A stretch of DNA of 64,000 nucleotides from a virus (IMGVR_UViG_3300037067_027616:32001-96000), one strand, 5' to 3'; counted from the first letter of the stretch, positions 36,962 through 45,511 are shown. Notes: generated from the sequence alone by a model not told the origin. Program-made: numbers and translations.

Positions 36962-38353
36962 CTACTTTCGCATCTCGATAAGGTACTTGAGCGTGCACTG
37001 CTCGAGGCTGTACACGATGAGTTCATCGTTGTAGAGCGAGTGTCCCTTCTTTGCCCATATGCTGTCGTATCCGTGCGGGCGTCTGCAGGAACTTGTCGCC
37101 GTATGGGTGCGGCCCATGGCAAAGTCGGCAAGGAAGAGGAAGGCGTTGTTTGCGGAACTGCGCCGAGCTCCCCAATAACCAATGCTGTAGTTCAAACTTT
37201 TGGTGGAGTTGTTGGCCCCGTAAACCCCATCGTCGAACATGCGGCCGGTCACGTGCCCTGCCGTGGACGGCGGAATGATGAGTCCGCCTTTCATAATTGA
37301 AAGGATGTTCGCGTTTGCGGAGCCGTGGAACACCTCCTGCACGTTACCGTAACGCTTCAGCGCCGCCTCGTACCTGGCGCGTTCGGCAGGCAACTTGACG
37401 CGGTACACCGCCGCGACATCGTAGTCCCACACGTCCGTGCCGCGGTGGTTGCCGGCCTTGCTACCGCGCACGTACGCCTTGATACGCTTGACCTCGTCCA
37501 GGTCATTGAGGAATTCGACCTCGGTGCCGAGAGCATTAAGCCTTTGGCCCGTGTTGCCCGTCATGGCGGCGCCCATCTTAACGCCCGTTTCGAGCTGGTC
37601 GAGGATGTCGAATTCTTTCATTACCGCATCGGAAGTGAGGATCATGTCATCGGCGCTGATCCTCATGCTGAACGCCTTGGGAATGAGCGAGAAGTAGGCG
37701 GAATTGGCCTTCTTAACGTCTTGGTCATCGGCATCGGCACCGTTCTTACCGATGAGGGCATTGACCGCCTGCAGGGATACGCGCGCCTTGGCGACGTGCT
37801 GCGGGGTGACCGGACCCAATTCCGTAGCGTATCCATTGGATGTGAACTTGATGTTCGTGCTGGAGGTGATGTTGTGGATGTTCTCCTGCACGAGTTGGTC
37901 GAGCAACTTGGAGATGCGCGGGTCGGAGTGGGTCGTGTCGATGGCGGTCTTGACCGTGACCGTTTTCTCCGCTTTGCCCCGTATATTCTCGCTGCCCACG
38001 GACGGGCTGACCACGTCCACATCTACATACGCCTCACGTTCACCGGTTTCCTTGTTCGTCTTGCCGCGCAGTTTTTTCTTGTGTATGTCTTCGAACTCTT
38101 CCCGTGCGGTGGCCTCATCGGTGACAGGACGGCCGTCAGCAATGTCCCGTACCTCGTAAATGTTAGTTATGCCAAGCCTGCCATAGTGCGTGAAGATGCG
38201 ATAACGACCCTGTGAGTTTTTCTGCAATTCCAAACAGAAATACTTGTTGTGATTCGTTGAAACATTCGCTTGATGCATCACATAATAGGTGAGAGTCTCG
38301 TTGAATCCATCGTTGGCGTTGCTGGCAACTTTCCTCACCGTGAACTTTGGCAT
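36962..38353 (-). CDS. PARP-family ADP-ribosyltransferase: WGR domain + helical regulatory domain + catalytic domain
   Basis: NHNKYF..HYGRLG (WGR), YFSLIP (regulatory), FHGS / GRMF..GVYGA..STKSLNY / NDELIVY (H-Y-E triad). Confidence 0.9.
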   Translation of the reverse strand: MPKFTVRKVASNANDGFNETLTYYVMHQANVSTNHNKYFCLELQKNSQGRYRIFTHYGRLGITNIYEVRDIADGRPVTDEATAREEFEDIHKKKLRGKTNKETGEREAYVDVDVVSPSVGSENIRGKAEKTVTVKTAIDTTHSDPRISKLLDQLVQENIHNITSSTNIKFTSNGYATELGPVTPQHVAKARVSLQAVNALIGKNGADADDQDVKKANSAYFSLIPKAFSMRISADDMILTSDAVMKEFDILDQLETGVKMGAAMTGNTGQRLNALGTEVEFLNDLDEVKRIKAYVRGSKAGNHRGTDVWDYDVAAVYRVKLPAERARYEAALKRYGNVQEVFHGSANANILSIMKGGLIIPPSTAGHVTGRMFDDGVYGANNSTKSLNYSIGYWGARRSSANNAFLFLADFAMGRTHTATSSCRRPHGYDSIWAKKGHSLYNDELIVYSLEQCTLKYLIEMRK

Positions 38354-38382
38354 CTTTTCTCCAATGGTTTGTGTCCAAGGCT

Positions 38383-38411
38383 AATATACTAATCTGGAAA
38401 GCTTTTGTAAA
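38383..38411 (-). promoter_or_regulatory. Sigma70-type promoter TTTACA-N17-TATATT directly upstream of PARP
   Basis: Read directly on the - strand. Confidence 0.75.
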
Positions 38412-38459
38412 CCAAAAAATGGGTTTCCGGTTTCGGTTCCGCCAGGACACATCATAGCT

Positions 38460-38945
38460 TCATTCATACCCAAAAGTTGCAACAGCAATTGCCTTTTTTA
38501 CGGTATCCTTCATCGTGTTGTATATCGTAGGATTGTCGCGGTCAGCCTTCCACATGATGTCGAGGTACCTGATACGATACGCGCCATCGGGCCTGCCGTA
38601 CACCACCTTATTTGGAGCCCGAGCGAGCCAATAACCTATCTCGAAGTTTGTGGTGAGCCCGATAAGTTCCCGAGTCCTGGGTATCCAGAACAAGATGCAG
38701 TCGGACCATTTGAGACCCTCGAATTCCCACAGAGGTATCCAATCTTTGCTTTTGTCTGACTCCGTCTTGTTTGAAAACTCCGGAAGGATAAGTACTCCAT
38801 CGAATCCCTGCCTCTCGAATTCATCTATACAATCTCCGCGCCAGGATATAAGGTGCTGTTGATTTCCCCTCACGGTTGGACCCGCCAAAAAAATGACAGG
38901 ACTTCGGTATTCCTTCATCGGTTGCTCATATCTTACTAATTCCAT
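38460..38945 (-). CDS. Nucleoside 2-deoxyribosyltransferase-like protein
   Basis: IFLAGP, WEFEGL..SDCILFW, TTNFEIG. Confidence 0.8.
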   Translation of the reverse strand: MELVRYEQPMKEYRSPVIFLAGPTVRGNQQHLISWRGDCIDEFERQGFDGVLILPEFSNKTESDKSKDWIPLWEFEGLKWSDCILFWIPRTRELIGLTTNFEIGYWLARAPNKVVYGRPDGAYRIRYLDIMWKADRDNPTIYNTMKDTVKKAIAVATFGYE

Positions 38946-38966
38946 CTAACACCCCCTTTCTTATAC

Positions 38967-39431
38967 TTACCCTACCTCTATAGTCACTTCAGGATAGTAC
39001 CTATCGCCCTTATCCCCGAGCTCGTCAAGGCGCTTCTGAAGGCGATCTATTTCCCCCGATAAATGTATCCCGCTGAAGGATCCCCTCTTCGGGAGAGCCT
39101 TAAACTTCTTTATAGCCGAGTTGCACATACACCGTGTCTTGACTATCTCTTCCCAATTAGGCTTATGCATCTTGATGGCTGCTTTTATTTCCGTTGGGCC
39201 AACGGGATATACGCATGTTTTCTCTGGTGAACACCGAAAGACATCTACTGACTCATACCACCGCGAAGACCAGAAGCGTGCTTGGCGCATTACATCCTTG
39301 GTGGGGCAGTCTATTACATGGGACTCTCCTGATGGGGAAACGAAGACGTATTTCATGATGGTTCCTTTATGAAGAGGGAGTGACGACTTGACCGTACTTG
39401 GAGTATTCTGACAAAGCATTGGCCTCAACAC
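38967..39431 (-). CDS. Hypothetical protein (start probably MKYVFV)
   Basis: Packed operon ORF. Confidence 0.45.
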   Translation of the reverse strand: MLRPMLCQNTPSTVKSSLPLHKGTIMKYVFVSPSGESHVIDCPTKDVMRQARFWSSRWYESVDVFRCSPEKTCVYPVGPTEIKAAIKMHKPNWEEIVKTRCMCNSAIKKFKALPKRGSFSGIHLSGEIDRLQKRLDELGDKGDRYYPEVTIEVG

Positions 39432-39618
39432 GTAGAAGCTGGGACTCCATTAAAAGGCGTTCAGCTTCGGTACGATAAAAATTTATCGATGTAGCGTCCC
39501 TAGCAATCTCTGCCTTGGCTTGACAGCTATTTGCAGTCTTTACACACTCATCGGCTCGGGAGATTTTCCCTGCTGCTATGCCTTGAAGGATTTGGCTCAC
39601 AATATCTTTTTCACTCAC
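39367..39618 (-). CDS. Hypothetical helical protein
   Basis: Packed operon ORF. Confidence 0.45.
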   Translation of the reverse strand: MSEKDIVSQILQGIAAGKISRADECVKTANSCQAKAEIARDATSINFYRTEAERLLMESQLLRVEANALSEYSKYGQVVTPSS

Positions 39619-39651
39619 GGCTCATCCTTTCGTATAAATTAGTATCAGCAC

Positions 39652-40836
39652 TTAATAATCTTGGTCTATGTCATTCATCACGCAAAATATCGATGCACCC
39701 AACGTGACAATTATTGTAATGATGAACGTTATCAAAACTGCTTTTCCAGAGGGTTCAACGGACAGGTAGCTGAAATCCTTGAAAGACTTCTTAACGAACC
39801 CCACTTTAACCATATTTGCCATGGTGTCCACGACCGCTGACAGGTTAAGGGCCTTGCCGCCGGAGTCGGAGAACATCATATAGATCGTGCGCTCCACATC
39901 CAACTTGAGGCGATCAGATTCAGACCAAGAAAATACTTTAGTCCATTGCACCATGCGCTTGCTGTCGATTCCGATGCACAATACGAATTCGTTTTTGTTT
40001 CCTCCGCACCAATATGCTTCCTGCAGTTCGCCGGCTTCCCGGGCCTTGTCCGTGAACACCAATATGAGCATATGCACTTTCTTCATGGCACCGAGTTTTG
40101 CGTTCCACCATGAGAGCCGTTTGGAGGCGGCATGATCCGATATGCCCATTATCGGGTTGTAATTGAATATGTCATAGTTGTAGTTGTACCCATGTAACTC
40201 CAGCTTTTTTACATCATCCGCTTCCACAGGTTGAAACTTGAACACAGAGTGGGAGGCCTGCACCCGGTTCTCGTATGAATGAACCACACAAACCGATTGG
40301 GTGTGTTCAAACACGTTGTCAAAAACAGTCTGGTAAGCATCACCGTCTTGACCGCACCCGAAATGGTGGTCGATATTTCTGTTCATATCAACGAAGACGC
40401 GCCTATTCCATCGTTTGCATAGGTCCTCAAATAGATACTGACTGATACTGTATGTTCTGCCTAAATTATCTGTGGCACTCCATGTTGCCGAATACCGATC
40501 GCAATGGGAGCAATCATAAGACTCGGTGTGGCAGGTCTGCGTACAGGTTCTATCCTCACCGCTACCAGAGCATGTTTCTTCACACACTTCCCTATAACAC
40601 GTTTCATCGTCCCAGGTGCTCCAAGGCTCTATGTATTCAGCGCACGTTAAGTATGAGTTCCAGAACTCTCGATCGTACGTGGCGGACTTCTCCACGGTTA
40701 TTTTTGATATTGCTATGGTCAGTATGGGTATGCCAAACACCACGAGGTACTCCCACCAAGCCATGCTCCGGTGAAAGAATACAGCCAGAACGAGTACCGC
40801 CACGATAGGTATAATAAGGCAAGTCCAAATAACCAT
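39652..40836 (-). CDS. Membrane protein with Cys-rich loop and TPM-like extracytoplasmic domain
   Basis: Two N-terminal TMs, CxxxCxxTC loop, QEAYWCGGNKNEFVLCIG, C-terminal TM. Confidence 0.6.
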   Translation of the reverse strand: MVIWTCLIIPIVAVLVLAVFFHRSMAWWEYLVVFGIPILTIAISKITVEKSATYDREFWNSYLTCAEYIEPWSTWDDETCYREVCEETCSGSGEDRTCTQTCHTESYDCSHCDRYSATWSATDNLGRTYSISQYLFEDLCKRWNRRVFVDMNRNIDHHFGCGQDGDAYQTVFDNVFEHTQSVCVVHSYENRVQASHSVFKFQPVEADDVKKLELHGYNYNYDIFNYNPIMGISDHAASKRLSWWNAKLGAMKKVHMLILVFTDKAREAGELQEAYWCGGNKNEFVLCIGIDSKRMVQWTKVFSWSESDRLKLDVERTIYMMFSDSGGKALNLSAVVDTMANMVKVGFVKKSFKDFSYLSVEPSGKAVLITFIITIIVTLGASIFCVMNDIDQDY

Positions 40837-40864
40837 AAATTTTATCTTTCAGGGTTAAAAAGAT

Positions 40865-41131
40865 TTACCTATTGCGAATGACACCAAACCACCCTTGAGT
40901 TTGGGAAATTTTTTTGCCCTTTGCCTGTTGTACGGTTCTTTTAGCCCGAACTATGCGGTGGCGTTCCACGTTTTTGGCGCGGCGCAATATTTCCACGACC
41001 CTTTGTGCCCACGGGAGCCTACGTGCAGCCTCACGCCTAACGCCAGCGTCATCTGCATCGCAAATGGAATCCGCGACGAATGCGAACCCTTGTGGTGCCT
41101 CGATTTCCGCCCAAAACTCCTTGCCGTTCAT
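40865..41131 (-). CDS. Distal cassette ORF, hypothetical (degenerate attC)
   Basis: 5' GTTGTAGGCC at 41163-72, R''-like GTACAAC at 40927-33, RBS GGAGG. Confidence 0.55.
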   Translation of the reverse strand: MNGKEFWAEIEAPQGFAFVADSICDADDAGVRREAARRLPWAQRVVEILRRAKNVERHRIVRAKRTVQQAKGKKISQTQGWFGVIRNR

Positions 41132-41165
41132 GCCACCTCCTATGTGCATTTGCACTGCTCATGGC

Positions 41166-41600
41166 CTACAACGCTCGGATTGGTAAATCCCCTTCAACAC
41201 GATCAAGGTTGCTGAGCAGATTATCTTTGATGCAGGCGTGCAGATGGGGATTGTCGAGAATGTCCTTGCGGATAGCCTCGGCGCCTTCACCGACATATTG
41301 GAGTTTCTCACGTATAACCCATGAGCCCTCGGCAGAAGATCTTTTTAGCCAAGGTTTTCCAATACAATCTTTGCGATGCCCCCGGAGGATTCTCAAAAGA
41401 GATGCCCTTAACTCTTTGCGGACTTCTTCTTGGTCACGGTCGAGCTTCTGTATCCTCCAGCAGAAGAGGGAGTCTATATTCTTAATACCCAAAGGGGTGT
41501 ACGCGGCAAACACGCCCCCTCCACTGACCATTGCTTGATCAATGTAGAGTTCTTCAACTGTAGCTGGCATCAGCGGGAGAGACATTTGAAGGCATTCCAT
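41166..41600 (-). CDS. Hypothetical protein; only the right half of its attC is recognisable
   Basis: Stop TAG lies inside GTTGTAG. Confidence 0.5.
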   Translation of the reverse strand: MECLQMSLPLMPATVEELYIDQAMVSGGGVFAAYTPLGIKNIDSLFCWRIQKLDRDQEEVRKELRASLLRILRGHRKDCIGKPWLKRSSAEGSWVIREKLQYVGEGAEAIRKDILDNPHLHACIKDNLLSNLDRVEGDLPIRAL

Positions 41601-41611
41601 GATTACCTCTG

Positions 41612-42007
41612 TTATTTGGGTTTGCCTGTTTGGTTCCGTTGCTGAACATACTCCACAAACTGATTGATAAACTGAACGTAACTACCAGATGCTCCAACAA
41701 ATTTGATAAACGACTCGGCAAGTTCAACAATGGCATCCCTTGCATTGTTGGTGGCAGTGATCTGCTTTTGGGACGCCACGCCTGCTGCTTGCGGTTCAAG
41801 TGTCACGGTTGGCGTTGTACGATGGTAGTATACCCCCAGTTTGGCCGCGTGCTTTGACATCAGATCGCCAACGAAACACCCTAGTCCGTTGAACCGCTTA
41901 ATGCGCCACCCGCATGAACATTTTTCTCTGCCAGAACCATTCCCGCCACGCTCGCATTCACTGCATGCTACCCACAGCCTGTCTCTCGAATCGCGATAGC
42001 TTCTCAC
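41612..42007 (-). CDS. Cys-rich cassette ORF with left-half attC remnant
   Basis: R''-like CACCAAC at 41747-53; partial arms TTGTTGAAC/GTTCAGCAA. Confidence 0.5.
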   Translation of the reverse strand: MRSYRDSRDRLWVACSECERGGNGSGREKCSCGWRIKRFNGLGCFVGDLMSKHAAKLGVYYHRTTPTVTLEPQAAGVASQKQITATNNARDAIVELAESFIKFVGASGSYVQFINQFVEYVQQRNQTGKPK

Positions 42008-42055
42008 GTTCTCTCGCTTTGAACGCGGCCACTACCGTATGTGTGGCCGACTGTT

Positions 42056-42120
42056 GTACAACGTCTGCGCTAAACGGACGCTGGCTTGCTTTGAATCTGG
42101 CGTTCCTTTAGCTTTTGTGC
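42056..42120 (-). repeat. attC-14 (R'' mutated AAC to AAA)
   Basis: Arms GCTAAAGGAACGCCAG/CCAGCGTCCGTTTAGC; R' GTTGTAC. Confidence 0.7.
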
Positions 42121-42351
42121 GAAGTGAACTTGGCTCTCCTTAATTGGCCGTGAATCCACCCACTGTATATGAATCGGAAAACACGGAACAAGACAAATCC
42201 ATACTTCCACCAATTTACAAATTGGCAACGAAAAAGATGGTGCGCCTTGTGGCATACACGTTTCACCACTGCGCCAAAATACGCCAACCCACATATCTGC
42301 CAATTTGTATTCTAAACAAATGTTGAGCATAAATATCCTTTGAAAAATCAC
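42070..42351 (-). CDS. Cassette ORF, hypothetical
   Basis: DMWVGVFW...WICLVPCFPI motif; ends in attC-14. Confidence 0.55.
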   Translation of the reverse strand: MIFQRIFMLNICLEYKLADMWVGVFWRSGETCMPQGAPSFSLPICKLVEVWICLVPCFPIHIQWVDSRPIKESQVHFAQKLKERQIQSKPASV

Positions 42352-42381
42352 GGCCTATGACTCAAAAACCAAGGCCATTTT

Positions 42382-42462
42382 GCACAACGTCCGCCGCACT
42401 CGCCCGAAGCGCGGTACACTATTTTTTATTTTTCACCGCGTTTTGGGCTGCGGCTGTTGTGG
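42382..42462 (-). repeat. attC-13
   Basis: CCACAAC..GCCGCAGCCCAAAACGCGGT / ACCGCGCTTCGGGCGAGTGCGGC..GTTGTGC. Confidence 0.8.
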
Positions 42463-42700
42463 GTTGGCTTTCCATATTTTTATTCCGAACCTCCGCCGCG
42501 ATTTTGCATCCCTCAACATGGCAAAAATCGTCAATATGGCAATCGAAACAGCACGTCAAATTCGGACACGCGCTTTGAACAACTTGATAAACCTCATCGC
42601 CGAATTTCTCTAGCAAGCTATTAAGAATAAAAGTTACCATGCGAGAGTTTTCGTGCATGATAATCTGACAATGGTTACAATCCCTGTCACATAATTTCAT
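42419..42700 (-). CDS. Cassette ORF, Cys-rich hypothetical
   Basis: CDRDCNHC...CPNLTCCFDC..FCH..C; RBS AGGAG. Confidence 0.6.
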   Translation of the reverse strand: MKLCDRDCNHCQIIMHENSRMVTFILNSLLEKFGDEVYQVVQSACPNLTCCFDCHIDDFCHVEGCKIAAEVRNKNMESQPTTAAAQNAVKNKK

Positions 42701-42751
42701 TTTTATTTTCTCCTAGTGGAGGACTATAACTCAATTATTCTGCCAGGACGC

Positions 42752-43090
42752 TCAAAATATCTTTCCGCCGTGCATGTACTCACGGTTACGATTGAACTCG
42801 ATTTTAGCAACGATGGCTTCTGCCACTTTCCAACCACGAGCCACGGCAACATCCATGATTCGAATAACCACATCAGCCAACTCCTCCTCAACAGCCGAGA
42901 ACTCGCCAATGTGCTCCGATGGTGGGTTGCCATGGCGGAGCCCTTCCAACGCCTCGGACAATTCAGACACCATAAGCATGAGCAACTCGCCATTGTTGCG
43001 GTCGCCCTTCCACCACCCCTTTGATACGGCAATTTCTTGCACGGCGGCGGCTATAGACTCCCATTGATACACAAATGCTTCTTTACTCAC
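42752..43090 (-). CDS. MazG-like NTP pyrophosphohydrolase
   Basis: SELSEALE..EEELADVVIR..D; GTG start overlaps the upstream stop. Confidence 0.85.
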   Translation of the reverse strand: MSKEAFVYQWESIAAAVQEIAVSKGWWKGDRNNGELLMLMVSELSEALEGLRHGNPPSEHIGEFSAVEEELADVVIRIMDVAVARGWKVAEAIVAKIEFNRNREYMHGGKIF

Positions 43091-43392
43091 GATGAGCCTA
43101 CTTTCTTTCCCCGGCCTATCACGCCAGAGCGCGGTTTCCACTTACGACAAGGTGTTCCAAGCCAGAAACCAACATCCCTACATTTGGGATGATAACAATT
43201 ACGGCATTCGCGAACGGTTGAAACCTTTCGTTGTTTTACGGGTGGCTTCCGCCAAACTGTGCGGCGGCGCTCAACTGATTTCAGAGCGGCGGTCTTTTGC
43301 CACTCTACACCAGCGAGAAAACCCGCCACATACCCGGGGTCGAAGTGCATGTTATCAACATATTTTTCGGCATACTGCTGTGTTCGTGTCAT
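43087..43392 (-). CDS. Cassette ORF, hypothetical; reads through the whole of attC-12
   Basis: GFLAGVEW motif; RBS GAGGAG. Confidence 0.6.
   Translation of the reverse strand: MTRTQQYAEKYVDNMHFDPGYVAGFLAGVEWQKTAALKSVERRRTVWRKPPVKQRKVSTVRECRNCYHPKCRDVGFWLGTPCRKWKPRSGVIGRGKKVGSS
43135..43236 (-). repeat. attC-12 (R' mutated GTT to GTG)
   Basis: AAACAAC.GAAAGGTTTCAA / TTGGAACACCTTGTCG..GTGGAAA. Confidence 0.6.
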
Positions 43393-43428
43393 TTCATCGC
43401 TCCTCTAAAATGGTCGTCGCCACATTGC

Positions 43429-43561
43429 AAACAACGTTTGCGACACAAGTGAACGTGCCTATGGCCTGTGTTGACACGACTCGCACCATATAATACCACG
43501 ACTGTCACGATAACCAATTACCTTCATACACCCAGGGCATGTCACTTTGTCGTTGTTGTGC
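43429..43561 (-). repeat. attC-11
   Basis: GCACAAC.CGACAAAGTGACATGC / GCACGTTCACTTGTGTCG..GTTGTTT. Confidence 0.8.
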
Positions 43562-43674
43562 GATGCGGAAGGAGTGCCTACTTTATGTTCGTGTTGGCGA
43601 CCCATGAACCAGCCGCATAGCCAGAAAAAACCTGCACCCATCAGCACTGATACAGCAGTAAGTAAAAGTCCCAT
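43459..43674 (-). CDS. Cassette ORF: TM helix plus attC-encoded Zn ribbon
   Basis: Hydrophobic N-terminus; CPGC..WCESC lies inside attC-11. Confidence 0.6.
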   Translation of the reverse strand: MGLLLTAVSVLMGAGFFWLCGWFMGRQHEHKVGTPSASHNNDKVTCPGCMKVIGYRDSRGIIWCESCQHRP

Positions 43675-43715
43675 GTCGCCAACCTCCCGATTAAGAAAAG
43701 CATGACTGAAATTTC

Positions 43716-43856
43716 ACACAACGTCCTCAGGCACCCGCCCGAAGTTGCCGCCCACAGAATGGACAAAAATTATATCCATTTTCGAGATAATAGCCGAGTG
43801 AAGCACGCTCTTCACAGCACGCACATGGCGGCAATTTTGGGCTGCCTGTGTTGTCG
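43716..43856 (-). repeat. attC-10
   Basis: CGACAAC.CAGGCAGCCCAAAATTGCCGCC / GGCGGCAACTTCGGGCGGGTGCCTG..GTTGTGT. Confidence 0.85.
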
Positions 43857-44293
43857 GCTGTGGCCTGCGCCTGGGCCGGTTCCACGATTGCCGCGAGACG
43901 CAACAGATACCTATGCAACTCAACGGGCGTGCGATTCGGCAGAGACTTCTTGAGTGCGTCCAACTCCCGCGAAAAGTATCCGACATCGACACCCCATTGG
44001 CGAAGTTGCACTATTCGTGCGTTGACCTTCGCTATGACACGATCTTTTTTATGCAACCCAACACCGCATAGTAACTCGTAAATGTCTTCGAATAGTGCGA
44101 TTTCGTCCATGGCGCTGTTGTGTGCCGTGCCTAACTCCTTAGCTTTGAGCGCTGCCCACTCTGCCCTCTGTTGCCATGTACCTATTTTGTCGGGGCATAA
44201 GGCGTAAGATATTTCTTCAATTTTTTCGATAAGCCACTTACAGTTTATGCCAAGCTGATCGGCACGTTTTGTTTCCATTTCAAGTTTTGTCAT
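43727..44293 (-). CDS. Fused two-cassette ORF (188 aa) spanning inactivated attC-9
   Basis: Start MTKLEM after AGGAG; open frame across 43981-44123. Confidence 0.65.
   Translation of the reverse strand: MTKLEMETKRADQLGINCKWLIEKIEEISYALCPDKIGTWQQRAEWAALKAKELGTAHNSAMDEIALFEDIYELLCGVGLHKKDRVIAKVNARIVQLRQWGVDVGYFSRELDALKKSLPNRTPVELHRYLLRLAAIVEPAQAQATADNTGSPKLPPCACCEERASLGYYLENGYNFCPFCGRQLRAGA
43981..44123 (-). repeat. attC-9 (R' mutated GTT to GAT)
   Basis: ACACAAC..CCATGGACGAAATCGCACTATTCG / CGAATAGTGCAACTTCGCCAATGG..GATGTCG. Confidence 0.8.
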
Positions 44294-44323
44294 AGCCGCG
44301 CTCCTATCATTAAAGGCATGGCA

Positions 44324-44458
44324 CCACAACATTTTCTAAATGGTTGATAGTTGCCGCATAGCCTCGATAAACAATGAAACTGGACCAGGGATATTATATC
44401 GTGGAAAAGTATCAACTTCTGCAAGACGAGCGGCAATTTCAGCCTTTAGCTGTTGTAG
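44324..44458 (-). repeat. attC-8
   Basis: CTACAACAGCTAAAGGCTGAAATTGCCGC / GCGGCAACTATCAACCATTTAG..GTTGTGG. Confidence 0.85.
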
Positions 44459-44596
44459 GCTGTTTGAGGAGGCTTCCATAGCTTCCTCAAATTTGATATA
44501 TTCTCCGCACTCACCTTTGTCACACATCTGGATAAAATCTGAATATCCAACAGGGCTACGAACCAATTTGTACCTTGTTAAATTTTCTACTGACAT
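44336..44596 (-). CDS. Cassette ORF, hypothetical (ends LQQLKAEIAA...RQLSTI)
   Basis: Start MSVENL after GAGGAGG. Confidence 0.65.
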   Translation of the reverse strand: MSVENLTRYKLVRSPVGYSDFIQMCDKGECGEYIKFEEAMEASSNSLQQLKAEIAARLAEVDTFPRYNIPGPVSLFIEAMRQLSTI

Positions 44597-44615
44597 AAAA
44601 GCCTCCTCAAATGGA

Positions 44616-44766
44616 CGACAACGTGCGCCGTTATGTGCAATCCGCAACTTTGGGCGGATTGAGGCGCTGGTACAACCAATCAACAAACTTGGATGATTCG
44701 CTATCAGCAACTTCCTTAACATATTCTCGCACCACTTCAAGCGCCGTCACATAGCGGCTGTTGTCG
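44616..44766 (-). repeat. attC-7
   Basis: CGACAAC.GCCGCTATGTG / CACATAACGGC..GTTGTCG. Confidence 0.75.
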
Positions 44767-44879
44767 GATCGTTGAGCGAGTTCCTTTACTGTTTTCCATG
44801 CCTCGCTTACGACTGGAGATATTGGATACGATATATCTAAAAAATTCTCTACTATGGATACAGGATCTTGGCTTGGCAT
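44631..44879 (-). CDS. Cassette ORF, hypothetical
   Basis: RBS GGAGG; stop inside attC-7. Confidence 0.6.
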   Translation of the reverse strand: MPSQDPVSIVENFLDISYPISPVVSEAWKTVKELAQRSDNSRYVTALEVVREYVKEVADSESSKFVDWLYQRLNPPKVADCT

Positions 44880-44913
44880 GGAAAACCTCCAATAAATTTA
44901 AGAGCATAATGTT

Positions 44914-44984
44914 CGACAACGTCTCGGCGCACCGCCCGATGCGGTACGCTACTCCTGGCCCGTTTCGGGCTGCGCCTGTTGTGC
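44914..44984 (-). repeat. attC-6
   Basis: GCACAAC.GGCGCAGCCCGA / TCGGGCGGTGCGCC..GTTGTCG. Confidence 0.85.
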
Positions 44985-45197
44985 GTTGTTCTCACGCCTA
45001 CCACCGCATTCTGCAATTTGTGACTCCAGATAGTTGATAACGGACTGTCCTATGTGGTTCGCAATAGCAGTGGCGCGGAACCTTCTGCACCCAACGGCTA
45101 TTTCGTCGTCATTCACGCACAGTGGGTCGCAGGCCACATACACCGGAGTACGAGCGCCGCTGCGAACTTTGACAGAGAAACAAAGCTGATTTTTCAT
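44949..45197 (-). CDS. Cassette ORF, hypothetical
   Basis: Start MKNQL after AGGGGG; stop inside attC-6. Confidence 0.55.
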   Translation of the reverse strand: MKNQLCFSVKVRSGARTPVYVACDPLCVNDDEIAVGCRRFRATAIANHIGQSVINYLESQIAECGGRRENNAQQAQPETGQE

Positions 45198-45230
45198 AAC
45201 AAATTGCCCCCTAAAACGTATGAGAATTTC

Positions 45231-45293
45231 GCACAACGTTCCGTAAATGTATGTTCGTTTGGCTTTGCAAATGACATACTTTACGTGTTAGAC
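45231..45293 (-). repeat. attC-5
   Basis: GTCTAAC.CGTAAAGTATGT / ACATACATTTACG..GTTGTGC. Confidence 0.85.
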
Positions 45294-45511
45294 GAATTTT
45301 TTCCAGCTTCCTTATCTTCTTTCAACTGGCGAAAATCTTTTGGAATACGATTGATACCAATAATTAAACTAATGGGAGCAAACAAAAAATTCAAAACAAT
45401 AACCCAAATATCCTTAATGAGATAATTACCTGTAATAACATGTTGAACACGCACACAAAAAACTGCCCATAAACAACACATCAAAAAATAAAGAATAAGA
45501 AATGTTATCAT
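45281..45511 (-). CDS. Cassette ORF: small AT-rich two-TM membrane protein
   Basis: Two hydrophobic helices; visibly lower GC than neighbours; RBS GAGGAG. Confidence 0.6.
   Translation of the reverse strand: MITFLILYFLMCCLWAVFCVRVQHVITGNYLIKDIWVIVLNFLFAPISLIIGINRIPKDFRQLKEDKEAGKNSSNT

Noticed and set aside
43091-43141. Mutated attC-12 core (GTG) serving as the MazG start codon, as in the ORF track
   Set aside because: A GTG at 43090 overlapping the upstream stop is the more plausible start
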